Shown here: positions 38,719-50,400 of the stretch, piece by piece | Position numbering within the stretch: the stretch's first letter is position 1 | Layout of the letters: every line of letters starts with the position of its first letter | Origin: Azolla caroliniana | Lineage: Eukaryota; Plantae; Polypodiophyta | Length of the DNA stretch: 64,000 bases | Assembly: GCA_043228905.1 (NCBI GenBank) | Contig: JBHGNT010000008.1 | Span: 17,422,001 to 17,486,000 of the forward strand | Reading direction: 5' to 3' | Notes under the pieces: generated by a model | Told to the model about the DNA's origin: nothing | Database searches by the model: none | What the model saw: only the letters and a program-made list of their open reading frames with translations | Position numbers and translations under genes: made by a program

Positions 38719-40071
38719 GTGAAGACGGGTGGCAAGGAGATGGAGAATCAACAAGAGGCAATGAGCATAACAATGATGATGATGTTCGAGCGGATGCTAC
38801 AAGAACAACGAGCGATGTCGGAGATCACGGGGGCAGTAAAGCGGCTCGTACAACGAAATGGACAATTCAACGGAAACGATGTGTCATGCTATCTACGTGA
38901 CTACAAGGCGGAGATGATACGATGTGGGATACCAGAAGGATTGCAAGTGACATCCTTCAATCGGGTGGCCACGGATGAGCTACAAGAGAGAATCCACAAG
39001 ATACGGCAACAAAACTCGACATGGGGGTCATTCGAAGAAGCTTTACGAGAGGCATATGATTACAAGAGATCGAAGGGACAAGATCGGCGAAAATTCGACG
39101 AATGGGTGGCATCGGAGAAGACCCACCGAAGTGCAACACAAGCATTCCTAGAGTTCGAGCATCGTCTTGTTCAACTCTCGGAGCGGGAACAACGATTGGT
39201 GGGAGAGGATAAAGTCCTAATGTTCGTAAAATCGATCGATCGAAAAGAAAGGATGGACATCGGGATCGAACTCGAAGACGATGACGGTGCGAACGGTCTT
39301 ACCGAAGATTGGGCCGAAGTCCAAAGGGTATGCCGGAGACATGATGAGAGGAAGATGAGAATCTTGTCAACGACATGGCCGATGAAGGATGGTCGATTGA
39401 AGACAAACGATGGAGCCGATATGAAGGCCGAAATACAGCATGATGGTGCGACGGAAGAGGGTGTAAAACAAGCTACCCTCTTGTCTTGCGAAAGAACGAC
39501 GGCGAAGGATAAGGCCGATAACCCAAGTGTAGAAGAAGATTTCGGAATACAAGTGTCCGAAACATCAGGTGAAAAAGGGGTAAGCATAATTGATGTTTCC
39601 ATAATTGATGCAGTGAAAGAGAGCAAGGAGGACTTGATTGAGGAGGTCACCAAGAAAGATGAGATCGAATCGAAGGTGGCTATGGACGAATCAATGGCGG
39701 ATGGCCATATCAAGATTTCTCCACCGCTGATTCTAGAGACTCCGGCGGTTGCGTTCGAAAGGCAACGTGAGACCGAAGAGACGGAAGGTGGTGGAGAGAA
39801 AACAAAGGTCGAAGCCGATTCATACGACGGAGAGATAGCCGAGAAGGAGGCTATGGTTGAAATGACAGAGGATGATAATACCGAGGATTCCTACCCACTA
39901 ATTCTAGAGACTTCGGCGGTTGTGTCCGAGAACCAACGTGAGACCGGAGAGACGGGAGGTGGCGGCAAGAAAGGTAAAGTCGGAAGCCGGTTCGAATGGA
40001 AGGTGATCCAGACGGGATTCCGAACCGGGCGAATGAGGATTCGACCGAAAGTCGACCCGAAAGAAAGTTGA
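38719..40071 (+). CDS. Gag-like protein with long acidic low-complexity tail (first ATG at 38740)
   Basis: N-terminal half aligns with gag at 52667-53290 (NG.F.G.DV..YL..YK.EM; KVL.F.KS.D.K.R.D.G..LE). Confidence 0.75.
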   Translation: MKTGGKEMENQQEAMSITMMMMFERMLQEQRAMSEITGAVKRLVQRNGQFNGNDVSCYLRDYKAEMIRCGIPEGLQVTSFNRVATDELQERIHKIRQQNSTWGSFEEALREAYDYKRSKGQDRRKFDEWVASEKTHRSATQAFLEFEHRLVQLSEREQRLVGEDKVLMFVKSIDRKERMDIGIELEDDDGANGLTEDWAEVQRVCRRHDERKMRILSTTWPMKDGRLKTNDGADMKAEIQHDGATEEGVKQATLLSCERTTAKDKADNPSVEEDFGIQVSETSGEKGVSIIDVSIIDAVKESKEDLIEEVTKKDEIESKVAMDESMADGHIKISPPLILETPAVAFERQRETEETEGGGEKTKVEADSYDGEIAEKEAMVEMTEDDNTEDSYPLILETSAVVSENQRETGETGGGGKKGKVGSRFEWKVIQTGFRTGRMRIRPKVDPKES

Positions 40072-40796
40072 ACCGGGCGAATGAGGATTCGGCCGAAAGA
40101 CGACCCGAAAGAAAGCCGACCCGAAAAGGGGTCGACTCGGTCAAAACCGATCGACCGAGTCTGACTTGGCCGAACGCGAATATGGATGGAAGCCGACCTA
40201 GCCGAAAGCCGATCGGACGAGACCGATCCGGAAAGAAGCTAATCCGACTCAATCGAAGGTTGGACCGGTCGAGGCTGGTGAAAACGAGGAAAAGAAAGCC
40301 AACCGAAACCGAAACCGATAGATCGAAACTGGGCCGGAAGGAGACCAACTCAATCGAAACTGAACAACCGATTCCGATTCGGCCGAATACGAATCCGATC
40401 AAACCGAAAGTTGATCGGACGAGAGCGATCCGGAAAAAAGTCAAGGTTGATGAAGACAAGAAAGAGGCCAGTAAAAGACACTACCACGAATGACAAGGGC
40501 CAAGAATATGACGAGAGAGCACAAAGAATATGGTGGATCGGATGGCGACAATGGTTCGGGTGGAAAGAATGGGTCTACTCAAAATGGAGAGACAAAGTTG
40601 ACATAGCGGGACAAACGGAGGATGAAGGGGAGACAACGAGCATCGGCAACTTCGGCACATACCGGAGGATGTGCGGGTTCGGAGGGGGCGAGTGTCGTAG
40701 TGTATTTCGTACACTACGTGAAAAAGTAAAAATAATATAACCGATTTAATTACATATAAATAAATAAAATAAGAAAATCAAGATATTTATCACGTG

Positions 40797-40866
40797 CATA
40801 GGGCAAGATTCGAACCTTGTACCTCCACGTAGCCAAACCTCAACTTTACCATTATGCTACCTTATA
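40797..40866 (-). other. tRNA-like module in 3' LTR U3
   Basis: Identical to 38078-38147. Confidence 0.75.
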
Positions 40867-43800
40867 TTTAGTGTTCTACAAATAGATTTAATAACTATAA
40901 GTGCTTTATTTGCGCCTACCTTTATTAAAAGGTAAATCATGTATATTTAGAGTGCGTGAATATTTTATAGAAAAACGCAAGCAACTAAAAAGTGACTCAT
41001 GCACATCTAGCGTGCATGAGCACTATATTTAGCAAATAAAAGCAAGGATTAGAAAAGCATCACATGCACATTTAGTGTGCATGAACATATTAGAAAAAAG
41101 CATGTAGCTATGCTTAGTCTCTCCCATCACTATATAAGGATGGGGAGCACATTGTAGTTTTTGTTGATTATTTTTCTATAATGATCAATCAATCTAAAAT
41201 ATTCGTGGGATTCACGAATTTGCTAAATATAATTCTCTCTTACTACCTAAATATTGACTAAATATACTAAACTCGTGGGATTCACGAGATTTCTATCTTA
41301 CTTCTCTTTCTAATAATCTATTCATTACTAGCCTCATCTCATATTCTTCTTTCTCCTAGTCCAAAACCTCGGCGGTTCCCACCCGACTCACGCAACGATC
41401 CGGAGCCGAAAGGCACGACAACGCGTATGTTCGAAGAAAGTCCGATCACAACCTGACAGAGCGGACCACAAGAGCCTTTGAGCGATCAAAGCACATCACG
41501 ACCTAGCCCGAAGATGGACAAAGGCAAGGCAAAATGGCAGAATACGAAGACGATCGTTTCGACGACGATGAGTCGACTCACTCACTCGATAGTGAGTTCG
41601 GTGGCTTCGATGTACCAATTGGAGCTAAGAAAGCCCTCATCTCTGCAAATGAAAAGCTCTGTCGCTCCACCTGTGAAAAGAATCTGGTCAGCCGATTCGG
41701 CTACAACGACTACATGGCATATCACTATGCCTTTATGATGAACGTGGCGACAGTACGCGAGCCAGAAACATTTTCCGAAGCAGCCAAGGATCCGCGATGG
41801 ATCGAAGCCATGAATGAGGAGATGCAGGCGCTACGCAAGAATGAGACGTGGGATCTCGTTCCCACCTCACCACACAAAAAGGCGATCAAATGAAGATGGA
41901 TTTACAAAGTGAAGTACAACGCCAACGGTTCCATCAACCGCTACAATTCGCGACTCGTAGCGAAAGGCTACGCCCAAACGCACGGAGTTGACTACGAGGA
42001 GACCTTTGCCCCAGTGGCAAAGATGACGACGGTACGGACTGTAATTGCGCTTGCCGCGGTGAAAGGGTGGCACCTCCATCAAATGGACGTCACAAATGCC
42101 TTTCTACAAGGCGAATTAGAAGAGGTGTACATGATACAACCACCCGGTTTCAACTCGAGCACCCATCCAAAAGTTGTATGCCGACTCAGAAAGCCACTCT
42201 ACGGCCGCAAGCAAGCATCGCTTGCTTGGCATTCGAAGATAACGCAATATCGTCATCAAATTGGCTTCCGTATGTCAAAATCTGACAACTCCCTCTACAT
42301 ACAAAGCGATTCCGCAAGTCTGATCGTCATCATCTTATATGTGGATGACCTAGTCATTGGAGGTGAGCATCTCGTCAAAATCAATAAGGTCAAATCCCTC
42401 CTTTCCGACAAGTTCGAGATGACGGACATGAAAGAGCTCTACTACTTCCTTGGCATCGAGGTGATTCGGACTCTGGCCGGAATCATGATCTCTCAACGGC
42501 ACTACATTGTCAACTTGTTATACAAGTTCGGGATGACTGAGAGCAAATCCGCGGCAACCCCTCTCGATCGCAATCTCAAACTCAATGCGAACTCCGGCAC
42601 CAAAGCGTGTGAGCCGACCCAATATCGGCAACTCATCGGGAGTCTCATCTACCTCACGATCACATGACCCGATCTCAGTTATCCAGTCGGTCCCCTTTGC
42701 CAATTCATGCAAACACCGTGTGATACTCACTTGGATTGCGCTAAGCGAGTTCTACGATACGTGAGCAGCACAATGGATTGTGGCATCCTCTACAAGATCG
42801 CGATGCCAATACGACTCGAGGGGTACACAGACACCGATTGGGTTGGCTACAAAGTCGATAGAAGATCAACCTCCGGATTTGTTTTTTCCCTCAGCAGCGG
42901 AGCAATATCTTGGAGCAGCAAAAAGCAACCAACCATCGCTCTTTCGAGCACAAAGACGGAATACAGGGGTGCGGCAGTGGCCGCATGTGAAGCCGTATGG
43001 CTCAAAAGAATACTCAAGGATCTGGGCGTACCCATCAAGGATTCGACTTCCCTTTACTGCGACAACATGCGCAATATCTATCTGGCTCGGAACCCGGTGT
43101 TCCACGCGCGGACAAAGCACATCGAAGTGCACTATCACTTCATCCGAGAGCGCGTTCTAGCTGGCGATATCCACCTACAACACATTAGCACCAATCCTCA
43201 AACAGTCGACATCTTCACTAAAGCCTTAAGAGCCAACAAGCTAGGGTAATTAATGACCGATCTCGGATTGACGATCCTTGACCGACCAAGCTTGAGGGGG
43301 AGTACTGAAGACGCTACGCAATAACGTGTGGATTTCGCAAAGTGCGCACACTACGCAATAACGCGTGGATTACGCAACCGTGCAACGAAGCCGCGAAGAG
43401 CCAATCTACCGTGCAAAGCCTCGAAGAAAGACGCAAGCCGAAGCACAGACTTCGCAACTACGCACAATGCAAGCTAGGGCACGGATTCCACAAGTCCGCA
43501 TAAATGAGAGTCGACGCAAGTTGACCCGGGCTCCGGAACGCGAGTCGAAGCAGATTTCGGATACCGTTTGAAACCAACCCGACTTGAGCTTCAGGGGGCG
43601 TGTTGAGAATCAAGCTCAACTTGGTCTAGTGTGTGAACTCACCTTGAGACTAAATACACACTTCAACGGTCAAGAGTCACCATTATGTCACCTCTTTGTA
43701 TTCTAGCATTTAGTATGAGTCATAGAATCATATTCTATGACACATAACTTATGATCTTTCACATTCCCCATGCTCCATGAGTCTTGTAGTTAATGAAGAG

Positions 43801-44459
43801 AGAGGGTGACTATATTAAGCACCCTCCTCCCACCTTGTATGATGTTGAGTCTTTCTCATTTGTTAATACAATCTACTTTGCGTATTCTCTGTGTCTTACT
43901 CCTCGTCTCTCTCACTCTCTCTCTCTCTCTCATACACACACACAGTTCACACCTATTCCGCTACATAGGAATCATACCCGATTCTTTACAGCTACCAATA
44001 TAGCCTATTACATTTTAATGTGTAGCATATACTCGGTCGTGACAAAATCGTGCCGATATGTGAAACAGAATAGGCAAGTGGTTAGTAGTAAGGGACTCTA
44101 AAGCATTCAAGCATGTTATGGTCATAGCATTGCAACTCTCAAAACATATTTGAGAATTAGTCACATGTAGGATGTGATCAATGTTGTGCTCGCAAAATAT
44201 CGTGTTGCACACATCCATACATATTCGAAGGAAGGCACACATATCCTACGACAATAAAGAATGATACTTCCAAGAGGTGAAAGAGAAGATGTCCGTCTTC
44301 TTTGCCGGTCAATTAATTGAAGAGGGAAGGCCTTTTACTTTTTATTTCTTTCTTTCTTTCTGCAGGTTTACGATTTCTCCCTCCTCTCTCTCGTGTCTTC
44401 AATTCAACAACGCGTTGCCTCGACGCTCTGCACACACAACACACACACACACACACACA

Positions 44460-44509
<50 letters not shown>

Positions 44510-44629
44510 CTGTATATAAATACATCCCTATCCCTATCTCTCATTCACGCACATTCAGTAAACAACAACAAACTCTTCCAGCCTCACATATAAGAAACAA
44601 CAACACTCTACTCCTATTCCTTAACAGAC

Positions 44630-45402
44630 ATGGCTTCTTCTTCTTCTTCTTCTTCTAAATTGCTAGCCCTCCTCAGCCTTGTTGTCGCTTTATATGTCAC
44701 AACTCCTCCTACCCTACTTGTGGGCGCAGCGGATGAGGACCCGCTGCAAGATTTCTGTGTGGCCGATGCCAATGCAGCTGCAGTTGCAGCTGCACCCATC
44801 ACCATCAATGGCGTAACTTGCAAGCCAGCCGACAAAGTCATAGCCCAGGACTTCACGTCCACGCTGCTGCGAGCACCAGCAGCAGCCACATATGATGCTC
44901 ATTATACTAGTGGCTCCCAGCGCAGCAGCAATGACAGTAAGGCGGCCATGGTCACCTTGGCCTCTGTGGCCACCTTCCCTGGGCTCAATACGCAAGGCCT
45001 GTCCATCGCTCGCATCGACTTCCCGCCAACGGCGGATTGAACCAACCCCACGTCCACCCGCGTGCCAGCGAGGTGCTCTTCCTGGTGCAGGGCACGCTCA
45101 CCGTCGGCTTCGTCTCCACCGCCCCAAACAACACGCTCTTCCAGGCCACGCTCTATCCCGGAGACCTCTTCGTCTTCCCCCGTGGCCTCGTCCACTTCCA
45201 GATCAACCTGGACAAGAAGAATCCAGCGCTGGCCATCGCCGCCCTAAACAGCCAGAATCCAGGGCTCTCCCAGATTGCTGTGGCTCTCTTTGCCGCCAAC
45301 CCACCCCTGCCAGGGATGGTGCTCCAGAATACGTTGGGCATAGAGCAGTCGGAAGTGGACGCCCTCGCCGCCAGCGTGAAGAAGGCCAGCGTAGTAGCTT
45401 GA
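44630..45402 (+). pseudogene. germin-like protein, type B copy 2, with 1-bp frameshift near 45026
   Basis: CCCGCCAAC here versus CCCGCCCAAC in copy 1; ORFs 44630-45040 and 45037-45402 join into a full GLP; new C-terminus KKASVVA. Confidence 0.85.
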
Positions 45403-47334
45403 ATACCCGTAGTATGAACGTACAATCAATAACAAGCGGCACCATGACCTAATCAATCTTTCCAGCATAAAGTACCTCATCCTCAGACTATATCTGTTTG
45501 TCTATCCGTTTGAATAATACATACATTTTGGGCATTGGACGCTCACAACAATCACCTCTGTAATCTTTCCTTTATAAATGGTCAAATTAATCATTCTAGT
45601 TTCTGTGTCCTTTTTGTGAAAATATACAATTATGTTAATAAATAGTATATCGGAAAGATTTGAATGCGTGTTGTCGCCGGTAGGTAACATTACATGTCTC
45701 CGGTTTCCGACTCTCTCTCTCTCTCTCTCTCCATGACTTGTAGTTGTAGTAGTGCTCCTAAACCTACTACTACAACATTTGGTCTGTCAAAATATTAAAT
45801 ATTAGAAATAATAGACATGAATATAAATAACGAATTTATCATAATTAAATAAAACGAGAATAAGTAATATAACAACATATTCTTGTCTCTTGTTCAGTGT
45901 GACGGTCACAACACATTATGTGAGATTTGCTCAGAATGAACATTCCCACTACAAACTTCCTTACAGGATCTCTTCTACCTATAAATAAAATGTAACACAT
46001 ACCAAGACCATAATGTGGTCTCTCTTTTATCATCAAATTAAGTTATATATATACAATTGTTATACTTTGTTAGATAATACTTTATGTTCCTACATAGTAT
46101 TAGAGCCTTGCCCTACGAACTTAAGCAGAATCATCAAGAAGATCGACCTCAAAGATCTCTAAAGATGGATTCCAACACAAGTTCAACAAACAAAACAACG
46201 TCGATGATAAGAAAGTACACCATGGAGAAACTCAACGACAAAAATTATATAGAATGTGGAAATTAAGGATGATCCTAATCCTTGAAAGAGCACAATTAAT
46301 CGACATTGCAAAAGGTATAACAACACAACCTAACCATCCCAAATTTGATAGAATGGAAGATTAACAATTTAGATGGATGCACGCCATTGGTATCCATTTA
46401 ATAGATGAGCAAATAGGTTTAGTGAAAGAAGTATAAACATCAAAAGAAAGATGGCATACAACGAAGGAACGCCACAAATCCTCATACAGAACAATAGATA
46501 TCAACACTTTCAGACACCTTGTCACATTGGAAATGGAAGAAAGCGAAGGAGTTGATAATTCATGAGAAATAGCCTTTTAGCCAGCATTATCTGTAGGTAA
46601 TAAAATTGATGAAGATATGAAAGTTTATTTAATCTTGGGTGCCTTACTAGATTCGCGATGTCACGGAAATCCGCGCTTGCGGGTCGGTCGAACGAGACCA
46701 CCAAGGTCTTTGACCAAGGAGGATGGATCGGGTGACTTGTGCTTGTAAGGAGTCGACCATTGTTTAGGTTTACAATCGGGTCGTTCTTGTTTTCGAAGAT
46801 GCTTGTGTGGGTTGACTAAGAGAAAGAGAGAGAGAGAGAGAGAGAATAAAGAGATTGTGAAAATATTTACCGCACCACAAAGATGTCGTGAAGCACGCTA
46901 CACATGTGCCAAACGTTGCGATGTGCGCATTACACGTGCGCAGACAAACACCGACCTCTATCTGCAAGTGGTGATGGAGGAGCGAAAGGATCATTGAAGA
47001 CAATGGAACAGTGGAAGGATTAGCGCTTGCGAGAAGTATTAAAGATAGATCTGGAGGAGAATGCCAACTCCTAGTTGAAACTTTTGACTTCAAAGTTGAG
47101 ATACAAGACACGTTGCCAATGGGATAACTAGGATTTATTAATTATTATTGATTGCATACGTGCATGTGAGGGTGTAGTACATGCATACAATGCATGAAAT
47201 GCATGTGATGCATGAGCACCAAATGGCAATCATGCATCACATGCAATGCATGATGACCATGTACCTCATCCAAGCTCTCATGTACCAGTAGTTCGTGTGA
47301 AATGTACAATGAAGAAAATATATTTTAAAGGAAA

Positions 47335-47400
47335 TAACCTAGTCTAATGGTATGTCAATTGCCTCCTATCTTAGAGGTGTAAGGTTCAAACCTTTACTTG
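47335..47400 (+). other. tRNA-like A-box/B-box module in 3' LTR U3
   Basis: TAGTCTAATGGTA ... GAGGTGTAAGGTTCAAACCTT (AAGG/CCTT stem). Confidence 0.62.
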
Positions 47401-50400
47401 TACCTCATTGTATGCGTTAAGCTTATTATATATATTTGTGTAATGAACACCTAAACACACATTACACGTGCACATTCATGTGTTACACATCTAACCATCA
47501 CTCCTTTCATACGTGTGCATATTGCATCTTCACGATTTCCCTCGTTCCACGCGATTTTCACACTGTTGCCGAAAATCTTCATGACATCCACCCCCACCAA
47601 ACCGCATGTCCTCTGGTACGTGCCAAGAAGTGAGTGTGAGATTTCGGCTACGGTGATCAATCAATTTCCTCCATGTCCTCATCAACCTCGCTGACATTTG
47701 TGGGTGCCGTCATACTATCTCCATTGTTGAGGTCATCCAGGTTAGGACCCTCATCTTGTCTTTTCTTGAATATCTTTACTCTTTTCCCCGCAATGGGTAT
47801 GACCAGCCTTGATCCGTCTAGCTCCACGAGGTGGTAGGTGGCGTTGTCATTGGCACTCATCACTACAGACGGTCCGAACCACCTTCTTGCAAACTTCCTT
47901 GTCGCCCTGTGTTGGTTGTCCACGTTGTTGTCGTAGACCAATACTCAATCTCCTTCTTCGATCTTCTTGGGACATAGTCGGCATGTCTTACCAAACCAAA
48001 TCTTATTCTTCACACGGGCTGTTTCCATTATCTTTCACGCATTCTCTAGGTCTTCGAGTCTTCTTTCGAGTTGCCTAATTCGTGCCGTCGATAATTCTTC
48101 CTGGCTCATCTCATTCTTCCATGGTATTGCTACCCATGAGGCGATCGTCCTCTCAATGGGCATTATTGGTTTCTGTCCATACATGAGCTCTGCTGGCATA
48201 TAGCCTGTCACGAAACTGTGCGTAGTTCTATCGGCCCACAATGCATAGGGCAATAATCGCGGCCAATTCCCAACTCGACCATCACATGCTCATACGATGG
48301 ATTTGACTATCGGCCCATGCCCTCGCTCGATCTTCCCATTTGCTTCCGGATTATAGGCAGTTGTGAGGGAGAGGTTTACGCCTAATCGCTCGAAGAGCTC
48401 CATTGCTTCATGTGCATCTAGCTCCCCTCGGTCGGCCACTATCTTTCCCACACATCCGTATCGGCAAACGACCTCTTCGAGTAGAAATTTGCATACGGCT
48501 GTCATCGTCTTATTTGCTAAGGCTCGTCCTTCTACTTGGTTTGTTAGGTCTTCCCTCCTAGTACCAAGTACTTCATCTGTCCCACTCCCATTGGCATCGA
48601 GACCATATCCACCATCCATTTAAAGTGTATGGTGAGTGGGTATGTTGGTCGCAACCCATCACGATGACGTACGTTTGAATGTACTTGACAACTTTCGCAT
48701 GTGGACACAAAATGTAGTACATCTTTATACATGCTCGGCCACTAGTACTTTTCCTTTAGCTTTTCAAATATTGCCCACGTTCCTCTATGACCTGCCCATG
48801 GATTCTCGTGGAATTCAGACATCATTGTTGTTTGGTCATCTTTCTTCACCACTACTCGTCGTGCCATCCCTATCCTTCTCTTTGGATGCCGCCAGAGGAA
48901 TCCTCCCTTCAGAAACTACTGGTAGGCTTTCTTTCGTATTTGTAGAGCCTCCTCCTTTGTCCATGAAGCATCTGCCATCATTGTTCTCAAGAATCTTCTG
49001 ATTAGTAACCACTCCCCTTCATATTCGTTCTCGTTGAAAGTGTGGAGGGTTGGTGTGCCTCTGTCTTTTGCCGATAGTTGGGCTGCCTTGAAGAAGTCGA
49101 GGGCGACGTTTTCATCTTTTGAAACCATGTCACTTTCATCCTCGAATCTTGCTCTTGACAGCATATCAGCCATGGCATTGTTCTTCCCAGCAATGTGGCG
49201 GATTTCCGGCTTCAAAGACTTTATATAAGCGATCCACCTTAACATAACCAGATCTGGTGTTGCACATCCGGAGATCATCCCAAGGATTGGGAGGCAATCC
49301 GTTTCAATTACCACCTCTGACTCGATTAGGCAGTCCTTGTGTACTTTTACTACAGACACGATACCCCAGAGTTCCCGCTTTACTTGGGCGTATCCTCATT
49401 GTCGTTCGCTAAGAACCTTTGCTCCGAACTGGATGGCGTACCGTATGCTATCTTCTCCTTCTTGGTTGTTGACCCATCCAATTCCCATTGGACTCGTATC
49501 TATTGTGACGTAGATGGGCATCCCTTCTTTGTAGATGGATTTCCTTAAAGCTGGTGCTACCACCAGTAGCCCTTTTAACCTCTTCATCGCCTCTGTGTGT
49601 ATTGGTTCCCATTTGAATTTTCTCCCTTTTTTCAGTAAGCTATACAAGGGTTCAGCCACATGAGCATAGTGCAGAATCCAAATGTGGTAGAACGCACATG
49701 CTCCTAAGAATCTTCAGACCTCCATCTGCATTCCACATTCCTCTCGCATCTCTTGAATAGCATTCACCTTCTCGGGAGAGGGTTTTCGTCCATATGGTCC
49801 ACAAAGATGTCCCACAAAGCTGATTTTTCTCCGGAGAATGTGAGCCCTGCACCTTCTAGTCTTTCTAGCACTCTTCCACAGTCTTTAATATGGTTTGAGA
49901 CAAATCTTTGACATCCATCTTGATCTAAAGACTCGTCCTTCTCTGATTCGGGGCACCCCTTTATAGGGATATCATCGAGGAAAAGCATCGTAATATCTGG
50001 AATGCAGTCTCTTAGTACTTTGTTCATGGCATTCATCATGTGCGCCACCGAGTTAGTTGCCCCTTGCGGTAATGTACACATCCTTACTAGCCCGATGGGA
50101 GTCCGCATCATTGTGATGTCTCGACTATCCAAAGACAATTGAAATTGGTTGTATCCAGAATACAAGTGTCCAATCGAGTAAATGGACCTTCCTACAAAAG
50201 CTTCAGCAAACTCATCAACACTAGGTCCAATACCAACATTACGAATGGTGACCTTGTTTACCGGTTGTAGATCTTGGATAAATCGAAGCGCTCCATTCTT
50301 TTTGGGCACTGTGAACCACCTATTTGAATAAGGCGCATTAGATGGCTCAAGGATTCCCATTCTAATCTTTTCTTGTAACAGCTCCAACAATCTTGGAATG

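Larger units (their letters stand above)
37974..41420 (+). mobile_element. young non-autonomous gag-only gypsy-type LTR element (TR-GAG-like)
   Basis: 728-bp LTRs 37974-38701 and 40693-41420 with about 2 differences; PBS TGGTGAACCCGACGTGA (tRNA-Trp type) 38706-38722; PPT GGAGGGGGCGAG; TSD ACGC; no pol. Confidence 0.93.
34959..43990 (+). mobile_element. full-length Ty1/copia element (family X) inserted in the duplicated GLP intergenic region
   Basis: LTRs 34959-35396 and 43601-43990; PBS 35397-35408; PPT before 43601; perfect TSD GCTAC (34954-34958, 43991-43995). Confidence 0.96.
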
